NCBI GenBank assembly: GCA_963693365.1
Contig: CAVNZM010000016.1
Span: 5,076,543 to 5,140,542, forward strand
From: Amoebidium appalachense
Lineage: Eukaryota; Protista; Ichthyosporea
DNA: 64,000 nucleotides
Direction: 5' to 3'
The position numbers were made by a program, and so were the translations under genes. Numbering within the stretch: the stretch's first letter is position 1; every line of letters begins with the position of its first letter. This document shows positions 14,699-26,794 of the stretch, in pieces. The notes under the pieces are model-generated. The model did not search any database. It was given only the letters and a program-made list of their open reading frames with translations, and was not told the DNA's origin.

Positions 14699-15047
14699 AA
14701 TTCTCTCTTTCTAATTCTCTCTCTCTCTCTTTCTCTCTTTTTCTCTCTTCCAGAAAATCCCGAATCTTCTGGCAAACACGAAACACGATCACCATGGTTA
14801 CCATATGAAGGCTTTTTAAGCAATAACATGAAACACGATCACCAATAGTTTTGCCCCGCTCCCACGTCCGCGGCATTATGCCCGTTAGTTACCATATAAG
14901 GCTATTTAATCTCTGCCAATCGTTCTGCCCCGTTCAGGGGCGGACTCACGGACGGACGGACTCACGGACTCACGGACTCAAACCGCGGCTTGCCGGACTC
15001 CAATACTGAGATGTCGAAGCTTCGCCGACTCCGCTTCTTCATGATTA
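14078..15047 (-). mobile_element. Non-autonomous Helentron-associated element (HINE/DINE-1-like)
   Basis: Perfect 19-bp inverted repeat TAATCATGAAGAAGCGGAG at 14110-14128 and 15029-15047. On the minus strand there is a (GTCC)/(GTGAGTCC) microsatellite just inside the 5' end (14941-14990), and the 3' IR is followed by a GC hairpin (GGCAAAGCCC-GGCA-GGGCGTGCC) and terminal CTAG-TT. Internal (CT)n tract. Confidence 0.75.
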
Positions 15048-15689
15048 CGGGGTAAGGTATTCTGAAATTTGTTCTCCAAGAAAAACCGTGACCCTAGCTT
15101 AGACTCGCCATATGTAGGAGCTAACAGCCTTAGAGCCACCGTAATATAATATAACACTAAAAAAGCCAATAAATTTTTTTCATTCTCTTTCAGTTGACGG
15201 CATTGGAAAGCGTTTGGAATTTCAGCTTTTGAGTAACTACAAAAACATAGTTACATTTTCAGTGGCCGCACTTGTCACGGGGGCTACTCCGACATATTAT
15301 CGGCCGGTGCTCTTCACACCGGGCGAACACCGCCACGGGCTCTTTGTTTTTTTTCTTTTGTGTCTCTAGGTTAGCGTCAAAGCCCAAAAGAATAAACGAC
15401 GTTAGCGTATACAAGACATATTGCTAATTCATTTTTATTAGTTTCTGCTACCAAAACACCAGTTTTAATATATGCTTGCTTTGGATATGGTTGCAGGCCC
15501 GTGGGGGTCACCCGTGATGAACTGTTTGGTTCGAAATTCTATTTTTGGCGTCCTGGTTTGCGCAATCACCGGATTTGACAAGCTGGTGGCACCGTTGCCG
15601 CAATCATCATCAAAAAACTAACCTTCGGACCTAACCTTGCCAAGTTGGTAACAGAAATCCAAGAAGAGACGCCAAGAAGAGACGCGGAG

Positions 15690-17025
15690 ATGGAGAGGGA
15701 GAGGGAAAGGGAGAGGGAGAGGGAGAGGGAGAGGAGTGGGGAAAGGGAGAGGGATAGGTCTACAGATAGAGATCGAGAAAGGAGCAGGGACAAAGAGAGA
15801 GACAGAGAGAGAGACAGGGACAGAGACAGGGACAGGGATAGAGATAGAGATAGAGGGCGAGACAGAGATAGGGAGAGGGAGGGTGATCGTGATAGGGAAA
15901 GGGCGAGAGACAGAGAGAGGGATAGAGACAGAAGCAGGGAGAGTGAGAGGGAAAGAGGAAGAGATGGAGATAGAAGCAGAGAGAGGGAGAGCGACAGGGA
16001 CAGAAGTAGAGACAGAGACAGAGAGAGGGAGAGAGAAGAACGCCGTGGCGATCGAGATAGCCGGAAAGACGACTGGGGAGAAAGAGAATCAAGCAGAGAT
16101 GTAGACTCCAAGAAAAGGGAAAACGAGAAGGAGAAAGGCTCAGAAAAAGACAAGACCGACACCAGGGAGGGAACGAAGGTGGAGAAAACAAAAGACCCAG
16201 AAAGCAAGAAAGATGCTGACGTGAAATCAGCTGAGGAGAAAGGGGAGGAAAAGGAGGGAAAGGGCGAGAAGTCAAAGACGGAGGGAAAGGAGGAGAGCAG
16301 AGGCAAGAAGGACAGGTGAACGCTCCTGCTCCCCCCCCCCTCCCCCCCCCCCCCGGCCCCCCACCCTCCCCACCCACCCTCCCCCCCCTTTCCCAGGCCC
16401 CCTTCAAGGCTTAACCCCCACTCCCCTCCCCTCCCCCCCCTCCCCCCCCCCCACCCGCCCCCACGCCTCACCCGTATTTTTTTTTTTTTGAAGTCGCTAG
16501 CTTTAATTTTGGAGGAGAAAAGTTTGGATGCGGCACCGGGCGAGGGGAGTGGCGGGGATCTGAGGGGCCGAATTTGTGACGTTGGCATGGTTTACTTCTG
16601 GGGTTCAGTTCATATGGATAAAAGGTTGTGAATCTCAGGAGTAGGGGGAGATCGGGCGGGAGGGGCGGGGGCGGGGGGGGGGGGGGGGGGGGGGGGGGGG
16701 AGGGGGAGGGGGGAGGAGGGATATGCCAGCGAATTTTAAGTGTTCTTTCGGGGATGAGTGTGTGGATGGTTGGGCTGGCGCATGTGAGGGGGTAAGGGGG
16801 GAACACCGGACGTGGACAGATAGGGAGCAAAGACAGTGCCGCCTTCCCAGGTCTTTTTTTGTTTACACATGTTATGGGTGAGCCTTGTCATTTCTGCCAT
16901 CTGTATTAATAACCATGTGTATCTTCTTTCACTTCGCCTAAGGCCTCCCCAGGATTTTCCCTTTGTGAGTTCGCTCCCGGACCTCCCCCCCCCCCCTCTC
17001 CCTTCCCCCCCCCCCCCCTCTCCCT

Positions 17026-17060
<35 letters not shown>

Positions 17061-19104
17061 TTTTGCCTCTTCGGTCCTGCCTCTACCCCCGCCTTTCATT
17101 TACCCTCCATATCTCTTTTCGACCTGCATCATTGTCAATTTCCTTTCGATTCACATAACATGTCTTCTTGTTCACTTCTTCCCCCCCCCCAACATGCCTT
17201 CTTGTTCACTACTCCCCCACGCCAACACGTCTTCTTGTTCACTTTTTCCCGTGTGACAACCTGAAAAGTTTCCCTCTGTCTTCGCTGACGTAATGTTTGC
17301 CGCCGAGCAGGGAGAAGGATGGGGACGGAAGTAAAGACGAAAAGAAGTCCAAGAAAAAGAGTAAAAAGAAGGATCGAGATTCCAGTTCAGATGACTCCAG
17401 TGACAGTATGCATTCCGACCCCCCCCCCCCCCCCCCCCCCCTCCCTCGTCCCCAACACCACCCCTCAACCTCCACCCCCTCACTTTCCCTCCCCCCCCCC
17501 TTCCCCTCACCCCCCCCCCCCCCCCAAAACCCCCCACCCACCCACCCACCCACCCACCACCACCACCACCACCACCACCACCACCACTTTCTTGCTTCCC
17601 ACGTTCTATGGTGTCGTTGCTTTCTTGCCACCCATTCTCTAAAGCATCGTACCCCCCCCCCTCCCCCCCCCCCCCCCCCCCCCCCCCCCCTTCAGGATGC
17701 GGGGTTGCACACACCGGTGTCTATTTTTCTTCCTACTGTTTTTCTCTCCACACACTTCATCTGTCCACTTCTGCACACCCCCTCTCATAGCTATAGACAC
17801 ACTTCACACATTGCATTACGCGCACGCATGCACACACCGCTCTGTTGGCGACAGCTCCCTTGGAACCCATGCGGCATGTTACCCGCCGGCGTAACATAAC
17901 TCGGACTATCGGTTTGGCTTTTTTCAAGCCCAAAGTAATGGGTGATACCATATTTCCGGCTGACATCCGGGGGCATAGCTTTCCGTTCGAAAGCGTTAAA
18001 GTTCCGCTCTAGTAAGCGTGTTACTACCCTGCGGCGTGGGCCAAATCTCATATTTTCCCCTCTGATTGCGAATTCTGCGGCCTTCGGGACCGAATTCTTC
18101 TCAGCTGGTGTAGTATGTTAGCCAGGGAAGTATTGACTTAGGTAGCGACGGGGAAGCTTCCCCAGAAGCCCCGTCTCCTGAGTTCCTATCTATATTTTTC
18201 TTGCTTCTGCTTACTGCTGCAACTTTAACCCCCGGCCTTTCCTACTGCCATTGCCTGCATAAGTAACCCTGCTCGTCTCTGATCAAGACGGGTGACCTAC
18301 CCATGTTCAAATGAAACAGTATCTGAGTTGGGTTTCGTTAACGAGGTGAATAGGTCGAAACTCGGGTACTGTGGATGACGTGGGCCCCCCCTGAGGATGG
18401 GCTCTGCTTATTATGCATACTCTTTATGTATGGTTTGCATTCTGCATCGTGTTATCCTTTGTTCTTGTGTACTTCGTACTTTATGATGCATTAAAACCCC
18501 CTTCAGGATGCGGCTGTAGGGTATAAGTAGATTTAGACATGTGTTAACGGTTGTTGGCCGAGAAAATGCTCCTAGGATGGGTTTGGGTTCTTTTTCTTTT
18601 TCTTTTTCTTCTTTCCATTTTTCTTTTGCTAGGGTTGTGTGTGTGTGTGTGCGTGTGCGTGTGTGTGTGTCTGTGTGTGTGTGTGTGTGTGTGTGGGGGG
18701 GGGGGGGCTGTGATGGTGGTGGTCGTGGTCGTGGGTGGGCTGCGGGTGCTTGTGTCGGGGAAGGGGAGGGGCGGGGGGGGGGGGGGGGGGGCAATGGGTG
18801 TGGACATTGCGCGGACGGACTGAGGTGGAATGAGGGTGGACTCTAACGGTGGTGTTTGATTGGTCGGTATTGGTGTCATGCGTGTTACGCAGGGGACCGG
18901 GTGAGGGAGGATACGGAATGCAGTACATACGTGGGCGGCGGCTCATTTTAGATATCGTGATTGTTTTATTACTGGGGCGTGGGGGGAAGGGTTAGGAGGG
19001 GAGGAGGAGGAAGGGGGGGGGGGGGGGGGGGAAGGAAGGAGGAGGGGGACACGGATGGAAGCAGGGAGTGGAGGGAGGCAGGAGAGGTTCGGTCGAAGGG
19101 GAGC

Positions 19105-19140
<36 letters not shown>

Positions 19141-20484
19141 CAAGAGGCTTGTGGACGGGGAGGGGACGTGAGGGGTTGGTGAGAGGGAGGCAGGGAGGGC
19201 CGATTGAGGTGGAGAGAGAAAGGAGTTGGTGGTGGTGTTGGGGGGGGGGGTGAAAGAGATAGAGAGAGAGTGTGTGTGTGGGTGGGTCGGTGGTGGTGAG
19301 GGGGGGAGGGGGAGACAGGTAGCGAGTGAATTCGAACGAGAGAAAGATTTCAACGGAGGCGGGAAGTGGGCTGGGATTTGGGCAGGGGGTGGGTGTGGGG
19401 GGGATGGGGGGATGGGGGGGGGGGGGGGGAGGAGAAAGAGTGATTGAAATGAAACTTCAAGGGAGGGGGGAAGGGAGCTGATTTGTTTTTTTGTTTATTT
19501 ATTAATTTATTTATTCATTTCATTATTTATTTATTTTTGGAAGGGGGGGTTGGGGGTTGGGGAGGGCAGAGAGGGAGAATTGAAGCGGGTATTTTGCTGA
19601 TATGGGTGGTGGAGCAGGGAGCTCGAGCAGTGATGAAAGCGACAGTGACAGCAGCAGTGAGTCGAGTAGTGAGTCGGAGAGGTGGGTGCTTGTACCCATG
19701 CACACACACACACATTAGCACATAAACACATGCACAAATGCACATATGCGCACGTGCACACATGATCGCTCATCCACACATTAGCACACATCCACACACG
19801 AACACATAAACACATGCACACGTGCATACGTGAACACATGAACACACATTCACACATGAGCACACATCCACAGATGCGCACAGGAACACATGAACACACA
19901 TGTATACAGAAATTCATGCATGCATGCACACACACATGGACACATGTGCTCACATGCACACATGAACACACATGCATACAGAAATGCATGCATGCACACA
20001 GATATGCATGTGTGTATGCACACACAGGTATACGGAGATATGCACATGCACACGCAAAAAAATACAAACATAGACAACACACACACACACCTACACACAC
20101 ACACACAGAGAGAGACATTCACACACACACAGAGAGAGGGAGAGGGAGAGAAATGTGCACACAAAAACAGACACCTGCACACACAAGTATTCACACAAGC
20201 ACATGCAAAATCATGCACAGAAGTGCACAAACAGGCACACACAGGTTGACGCAGAAATGCATACACACACGGCACGCATATTCTACACAGAAATGTGGGC
20301 TTTCGCGCGCGGGCGCACACACACACACACACACTAACACACACACAACTGCGCACGTGTAGGTTTGTGGTACTGCATGTGTGTGAGCGGGTAGGGTCGG
20401 TCAGTCTGGTGCTGTTGGAATAGAGGTGTGTAAGGTTTTTTTTTTTTTTTTTTTTGGTGTAGGGGTGGGGGTGGGTGGGTGGGT

Positions 20485-20565
<81 letters not shown>

Positions 20566-20693
20566 GGGTTGCTAGTTAAGTTGGTAATGAAAGGGGCAAG
20601 GAGAAAGGAGTAAGAAGTTGAAGTCGGATGGGAAGTGGTTTGGGGGATGAGGGGGGAAGGGCTGGCAAGGAAGGTAGGGGGGAAATGTTTTTT

Positions 20694-20769
<76 letters not shown>

Positions 20770-20911
20770 TTACATCCGCTTTTCGACAATTTTTTTGTGT
20801 CTGGCAGTGAGAAGAGAAAATGCAGGAAAAAGGAAAAGGAGAGGAAGAAGGCCAAAAAACACAAAAAGGTACAGTTGGGCGTGGTTTGAATCACGTTGTC
20901 TCCTTCCAAAC

Positions 20912-20948
<37 letters not shown>

Positions 20949-21603
20949 CCTCCCCGGGCTTCCCCCCTCCAGCTCCGTCCTTGTCCGGTTCTGAAGGGTT
21001 TTTTCTGATGACCCTTGGCAATACATATAGGAAGATGCACGGCTTTTGCGTAGATTGAAGGTATTGATGTGTTTATGTATATATTCCCTCTAGATATTAG
21101 TAAACATAAGTGTAGAACCAATTGAATTTGCTAGGTATTTGGTATAAATTACAAGTATATGATGAAAAAGTGATATCATGAGGATTACATGCTGGTAAGT
21201 GTAAGCATAGAATTTCTAGAGATTGGTGTGCAGATATACTCGTAGGTAGGGCCAACTATCGGTGTAGATTATACATGTGTAGATGTTATGCTCATACATA
21301 AGCATCGATATATCCGTAAGTACCACATATGTGAGCTGGGTGTGTGTTTGCTCTTTTTCTTTCTTCTTTTTCTTTCTTTCTTTTTTCTTTTCTTTTTCTT
21401 TTTTTTTTTTTTTGGGGGGGGGGGGGGGGGGATATCTGCCAAGATGCCAGAAAGGTTTTCCAGACCAAAATCTCTTTGCATTTGGCTGCTTACTCGTTGG
21501 GTTGCTCTGTTTGCTTTGTGTATGCTAATCTTTCCTCCTCATCCCTCCAATCACACACGCACACATACACACCCACAGATACACGCACAGGCACACACAT
21601 GTG

Positions 21604-21657
<54 letters not shown>

Positions 21658-21683
21658 CACACACACACACACACACACGATAT

Positions 21684-21718
<35 letters not shown>

Positions 21719-21869
21719 CTCAAGCCCACCTCCCTTTCCTCCCTACAAACCCCTGCCACAAATACTTAATTCCTTCTCTCTTCCTCCCAAGCTGTACTTG
21801 CAACCCTTCTCATCCTCACCTTGCCATGAAAACACCCTTTCTCCCACCTCCTACATTTGCTTCCCCCCC

Positions 21870-21900
<31 letters not shown>

Positions 21901-22083
21901 ACACACATCTACGTACAGGAAAAGAAGAGCAAGAAGAAAAGGAGCAAAAAATCCAAAAAAGAGAAGAAAGAAAAAGCGGTCAATTCAGCAAATAAAAGTT
22001 GGGGCAAGTATGGTATCCTGAGAGAGACAGACATGTGGGCAAAACAGAACGAGTTCTACACCTGGCTGCATGTGAGCCCACAT

Positions 22084-22119
<36 letters not shown>

Positions 22120-22350
22120 CGGCCTGCCCACCCGCCCGTCCGCTCCTCTAATGGGCTTTTTTCATATGGGCTTTTTTCATGTGTCTTCTGCCTGCCCTTT
22201 TTTTTTTTTTTTTTTTTTTTTAATAAAAGGTTTGATTCTGGCTATTTTTTGTGGCGTTATACTTGTCTTTGTCTTTTTTTCTATTCGATTCCCGTATATA
22301 CATCTCCCCTTCCCTCTTTGTATTAGCATTCGGGCTGGTGCTTTCCCTTG

Positions 22351-22419
<69 letters not shown>

Positions 22420-24335
22420 TGTGTGAGTGTGTATGTGTGTGTGTGTGGGGGGGGGGGGAGGGAGGGGGGGGGGGGGGGCTTAAGGATTGGTTAATGTGCA
22501 AAGGTTTTCCCCAGTGACTATTCATTTGCTCAGAAGACAAGGAAAACACGAGATATATCGGATATTTCTTGTGAAATTATGTCATCGAGTGCTGAATTTC
22601 TTGATTTGTGAATGAATCTAGGAGGTACGAAAACTGGACCCGGAAATCATCTCTCGGCCTGAAATGAAAACTTATTTCCAGGATTTCATGGAGGTAAATA
22701 CCCCCCCCCCCCCCCCCCCCCCCCCTCTCTCTCTCTCTCTCTCTTTTTTTTTTTTTTTTTTGTGTGTGCCTGTTGTTTTGCTTGTCATTTGTTGTTTGGT
22801 TGATTACCTGTAATCTTCGCTTATTTATGTATGTGTGTGTGTGTGTGTGTATGTTGTGCGGGGTTGCACACACCGGTGTCTACTTTTCTTCCTACTGTTT
22901 TTCTCTCCACACACTTCATCTGCATACCCCCTCTCATAGCTATAGACACACTTCACACATTGCGTTACGCGCACGCATGCACACACCGCTCTGTTGGCAA
23001 CAGCTCCCTTGGAACCCATGCGGCATATTACCCGCCGGCGTAACATAACTCGGACTATCGATTTGGCTTTTTTCAAGCCCAAAGCAATGGGTGATCCCAT
23101 ATTTCCGGCTGACATCCGGGGGCATAGCTTTCCGTTCGAAGACGTTAAAGTTCCGCCCTAGTAAGCGTGTTACTACCCTGCGGCGTCGGTCAAATCTCAT
23201 ATTTTCCCCTCTGATTGGCGGCCTTCGGGACTTGATTCTTTTCAGCTGGTGTAGTATGTTAGCCAGGGAAGTATCGACTTAGGTAGCGACGGGGGAGCTT
23301 CCTAGAAGCCCCGTCTCCTGAGTTCCTATCTATATTTTTCTTGCTTCTGCTTACTGCTGCAACTTTAACCCCCGGCCTTTCCCACTGCCCTTGCCTGCAA
23401 AAGCAACCCTGCTCGTCTGTGATTAAGACGGGTGACCTACCCATGTTCAAGTGAAACAGTATCTGAGTTGGGTTTCGTTAACGAGGTGAATAGGTCGAAA
23501 TTCGGGTACTGTGGATGACGTGGGCCCCGCCTGAGGATGGTCTCTGCTTATTATGCATACTCTTTATGTATGGCTTGCATTCTGCATCGTGTTATCCGTT
23601 TGTTCTTGTGTACTTCGTAATTTTTGACGCATTCAACCCCCCCCCCCCCCCCCCCCCCACCCACCTACCCCCCCATACTGCTGTGTGAGTTGGAGAGTTG
23701 TATATACGCGGGGCTAAAGGGTCGAAACTCCGACGCAATTGATGACTTGGGCCCTCCCTGAGGATTCAACCCCCCCCCCCCCCCCCCCTCACACACACAA
23801 AAAAGAACGTCAACGAAAAACAACAACAACAACCACAACACACGTTCACACACACAGACTCCTCCTCACATACACACACAAATATACACATCTATGTGTG
23901 CAAGCATGCATGCATGCACATCGTACCACCACTGTAACACACAACCATTTCATTACGAATATGCTCCCTCCCTGCCTGTTTAAAGTTTGGCGTATTTGAG
24001 CCAAGCAAGTATGGTTATGAATCCCTCCCACTCCCCAACCAACACGAGTTTCATGTATATGCGAAAAGGGGAACGGAGGGAACGAAATGTTATGAAGATA
24101 TAGGAACACTGAACAGTAAAAGGATGACTGGTAATGAAAGGTTCTGTTCGTCTACTCACTACATGTGGCTTTATGGGAACGGGAAGAGACAGGTCAAGGA
24201 TGTGAACCACAGGCGCATGGATGCATGCTCACAAGCACACACACTCTCTCTCTTTCTCTCCCTTTCCCCATCTCCCACTACACAGACACTCCCCCCCCCC
24301 CCCCCCCCCCGTTCATACACACACACACACACACA

Positions 24336-24421
<86 letters not shown>

Positions 24422-24446
24422 AGCTCTCTCCCTTCCCCCCCCCCTT

Positions 24447-24484
<38 letters not shown>

Positions 24485-24616
24485 CCTCTCTCTCTCTCCC
24501 CCTCTCCCCTCACCCCCTTTCTCCCCCCCCCCCCCCCCCCCCTCTTCTCTTCCTCCCCCCCCTCTCTTCCTCCCCCCTCCCTCTCCCCCCCTCTCCTCTC
24601 GCGTGCGCGCGCGCAC

Positions 24617-24647
<31 letters not shown>

Positions 24648-25500
24648 GGCATACAACACCGCCACCCTGCCAAATAAGAAATACTACGACATGGAAGCCT
24701 GGACAAAGAAAGAGGTAGGCCATAGCCCCATGTCATTTTTTTTTCTTTTTTTCTCTCTCCCATAAAGACAGACCAGGGTTTTTGAAAACCGAAAATTAAA
24801 GTATGAAGAGTTCTAACAGTCGTCGAACGGGAATGAAGGCGGTACAGTTGGGATACGGGAGTGAGGGGTGGGAAGCCGGAAAAGGATGGAGGAGGAAAGA
24901 GTGGCGGGTATGCACGTGTGTGTCTGTGTGTGTGTGTGGGGAGGGGGGGGGAGAGGGGAGGGGTGTGTGTCTGTGTGTGTGTGTGGGGGGGGGGGGGGGG
25001 GGAGGGGAGGGGTGTGTGTCTGTGTGTATGTGTGTGTGTGGGGGGGGGGGGGGGAGGGGAGGGGTGTGTGTCTGTGTGTATGTGTGTGTGTGTGGGGGGG
25101 GGGGGGGGGGGGGGGGGGGGTCTGTGTGTGTGGGGGGAAGGGGTGTGTGTGTGTGTGTTGATTGGGGGGTAAGTTGGGGGGAGGGGGGAGAGGGGTGGTG
25201 AGTAGTTTGGGGGGAGGGGGGGAAGGGGGGGGGGGGGGGGATGTAGGGCTACGGTTAGTAGTTGTCAAATGATTTTTTTAATGGAATGAGGTTTGTTATA
25301 GCACAGCTTTACTGGTGTGTAGTATTCCCCTCCCCCCCCCCCCCCCCTTAACAAAGGCTACTCGTTTAGACTCTTGCACCACAAAATGCACAGCTTTCTC
25401 GCCACACACCCGCACATATACCGTGGCGTTCACTCCTCTCACATACTCTCCATCATCACTAAAAAGATCAACACTCCCTAGTCCCCCACTCTATCCCGGT

Positions 25501-25545
<45 letters not shown>

Positions 25546-25912
25546 CCCCTACCAGCCCCTACACCTCCCCCCCCCCCCCCCCCCCTCCCCCCCCCCTCCC
25601 TCTCTCTCTCCCTCTCTCTCTCCCTCTCCCTCTCTCTCCCTCCCTCTCTCTCTCTCTGTCTCCCTCTCTCGCTCTCTTTCGTTCTCTCTCGTTCTCTCCC
25701 TCCCTCTCTCTCTCTCTCCCTCTCCCCCTCTCTCCCCCTCTCCCCCCCCTTCCCCCCCCCTCCCCCCCCCCCCCCCCCCCCCCTCTCTCTCTCTCCCCCG
25801 CTCCTTTTCCCAAACAATTCCCCCGCCGTTCTTCTTTCTCAGCCGGCTAGGTTTTTTGGGTTGCCTGGTAAGTTTTGAAATGGAGGTCTCGTCTCTGATC
25901 TGTCCACCACAG

Positions 25913-25951
<39 letters not shown>

Positions 25952-25990
25952 CCCTCCCTCCCTCCCCTCCCTTCCCCCCCCCCCCCCCCC

Positions 25991-26054
<64 letters not shown>

Positions 26055-26556
26055 CCCTTCTCCTCCCCCCCCCCCCCCCTTCCCCTCCTACCTTCTTTTT
26101 CCCCCCCCCTCTCCCCCCCCCCCCCCCCCCCCTGGCCAAACCCTGTATACACTCTTCTCATCAGCAGGTCTCTAACCCACTCTGCAGAACGTTTTACGCA
26201 TTTCTCCCCTCGGAGAACTTGGTCGTTGGTGCGTTTTTGTCTGACATCTAACGACTCTGCAGGGTCCCCTGAGACTACTGACACTCTAACATTCCCTCCC
26301 CTCTCTTACTTCCCCCCCCCCCCCCCCCTCCCCCTTTCCCTCCTCCTTCCCCTCCCATTTTCTCTGCACACCCAACAGGTCTTAACCAGATCTGCACATC
26401 GTTAGTCACAATCTTCTCACATATATGAGAGAATGATCGTATTGGTACGATTTGTCTAATATCTGACGATTCTGCAGCATCCCTAAGACCCCCCTCCCCC
26501 TCCCCCTCCCCCCCTCCCCCCCCCCCCCCCCCCACCTTCTCTCTCTCTCTCTCTCC

Positions 26557-26654
<98 letters not shown>

Positions 26655-26659
26655 TTCCT

Positions 26660-26698
<39 letters not shown>

Positions 26699-26759
26699 GC
26701 GCCTGTTGTTTTGCTTGTCATTTGTTGTTCTGGTTGATTACCTGTAATCTTCGCTTATT

Positions 26760-26794
<35 letters not shown>

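Noticed and set aside
17697-18051. Short ORFs recurring in each element copy (e.g. MRFGPRRR..., MSAGNM..., MNMGRSP...)
   Set aside because: They recur only because the DNA is repeated; indels and stops differ among copies and there is no RT or endonuclease motif.
18372-18397. Box C/D snoRNA or SECIS reading of (T/G)GATGA...CTGA
   Set aside because: The boxes are only ~15 nt apart with no room for a guide, TGA is tied up in a covarying stem, subfamily C lacks the box C, and there is no SECIS apical AA geometry or UGA-containing ORF.
18290-18400. Canonical type I/II/III hammerhead, or group I intron P7 (GACCTA/TAGGTC)
   Set aside because: The sequence after CTGAGGA does not pair with the strand before GAAA, so no standard permutation fits. 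No P3/P4/P6 or terminal G context for a group I intron.
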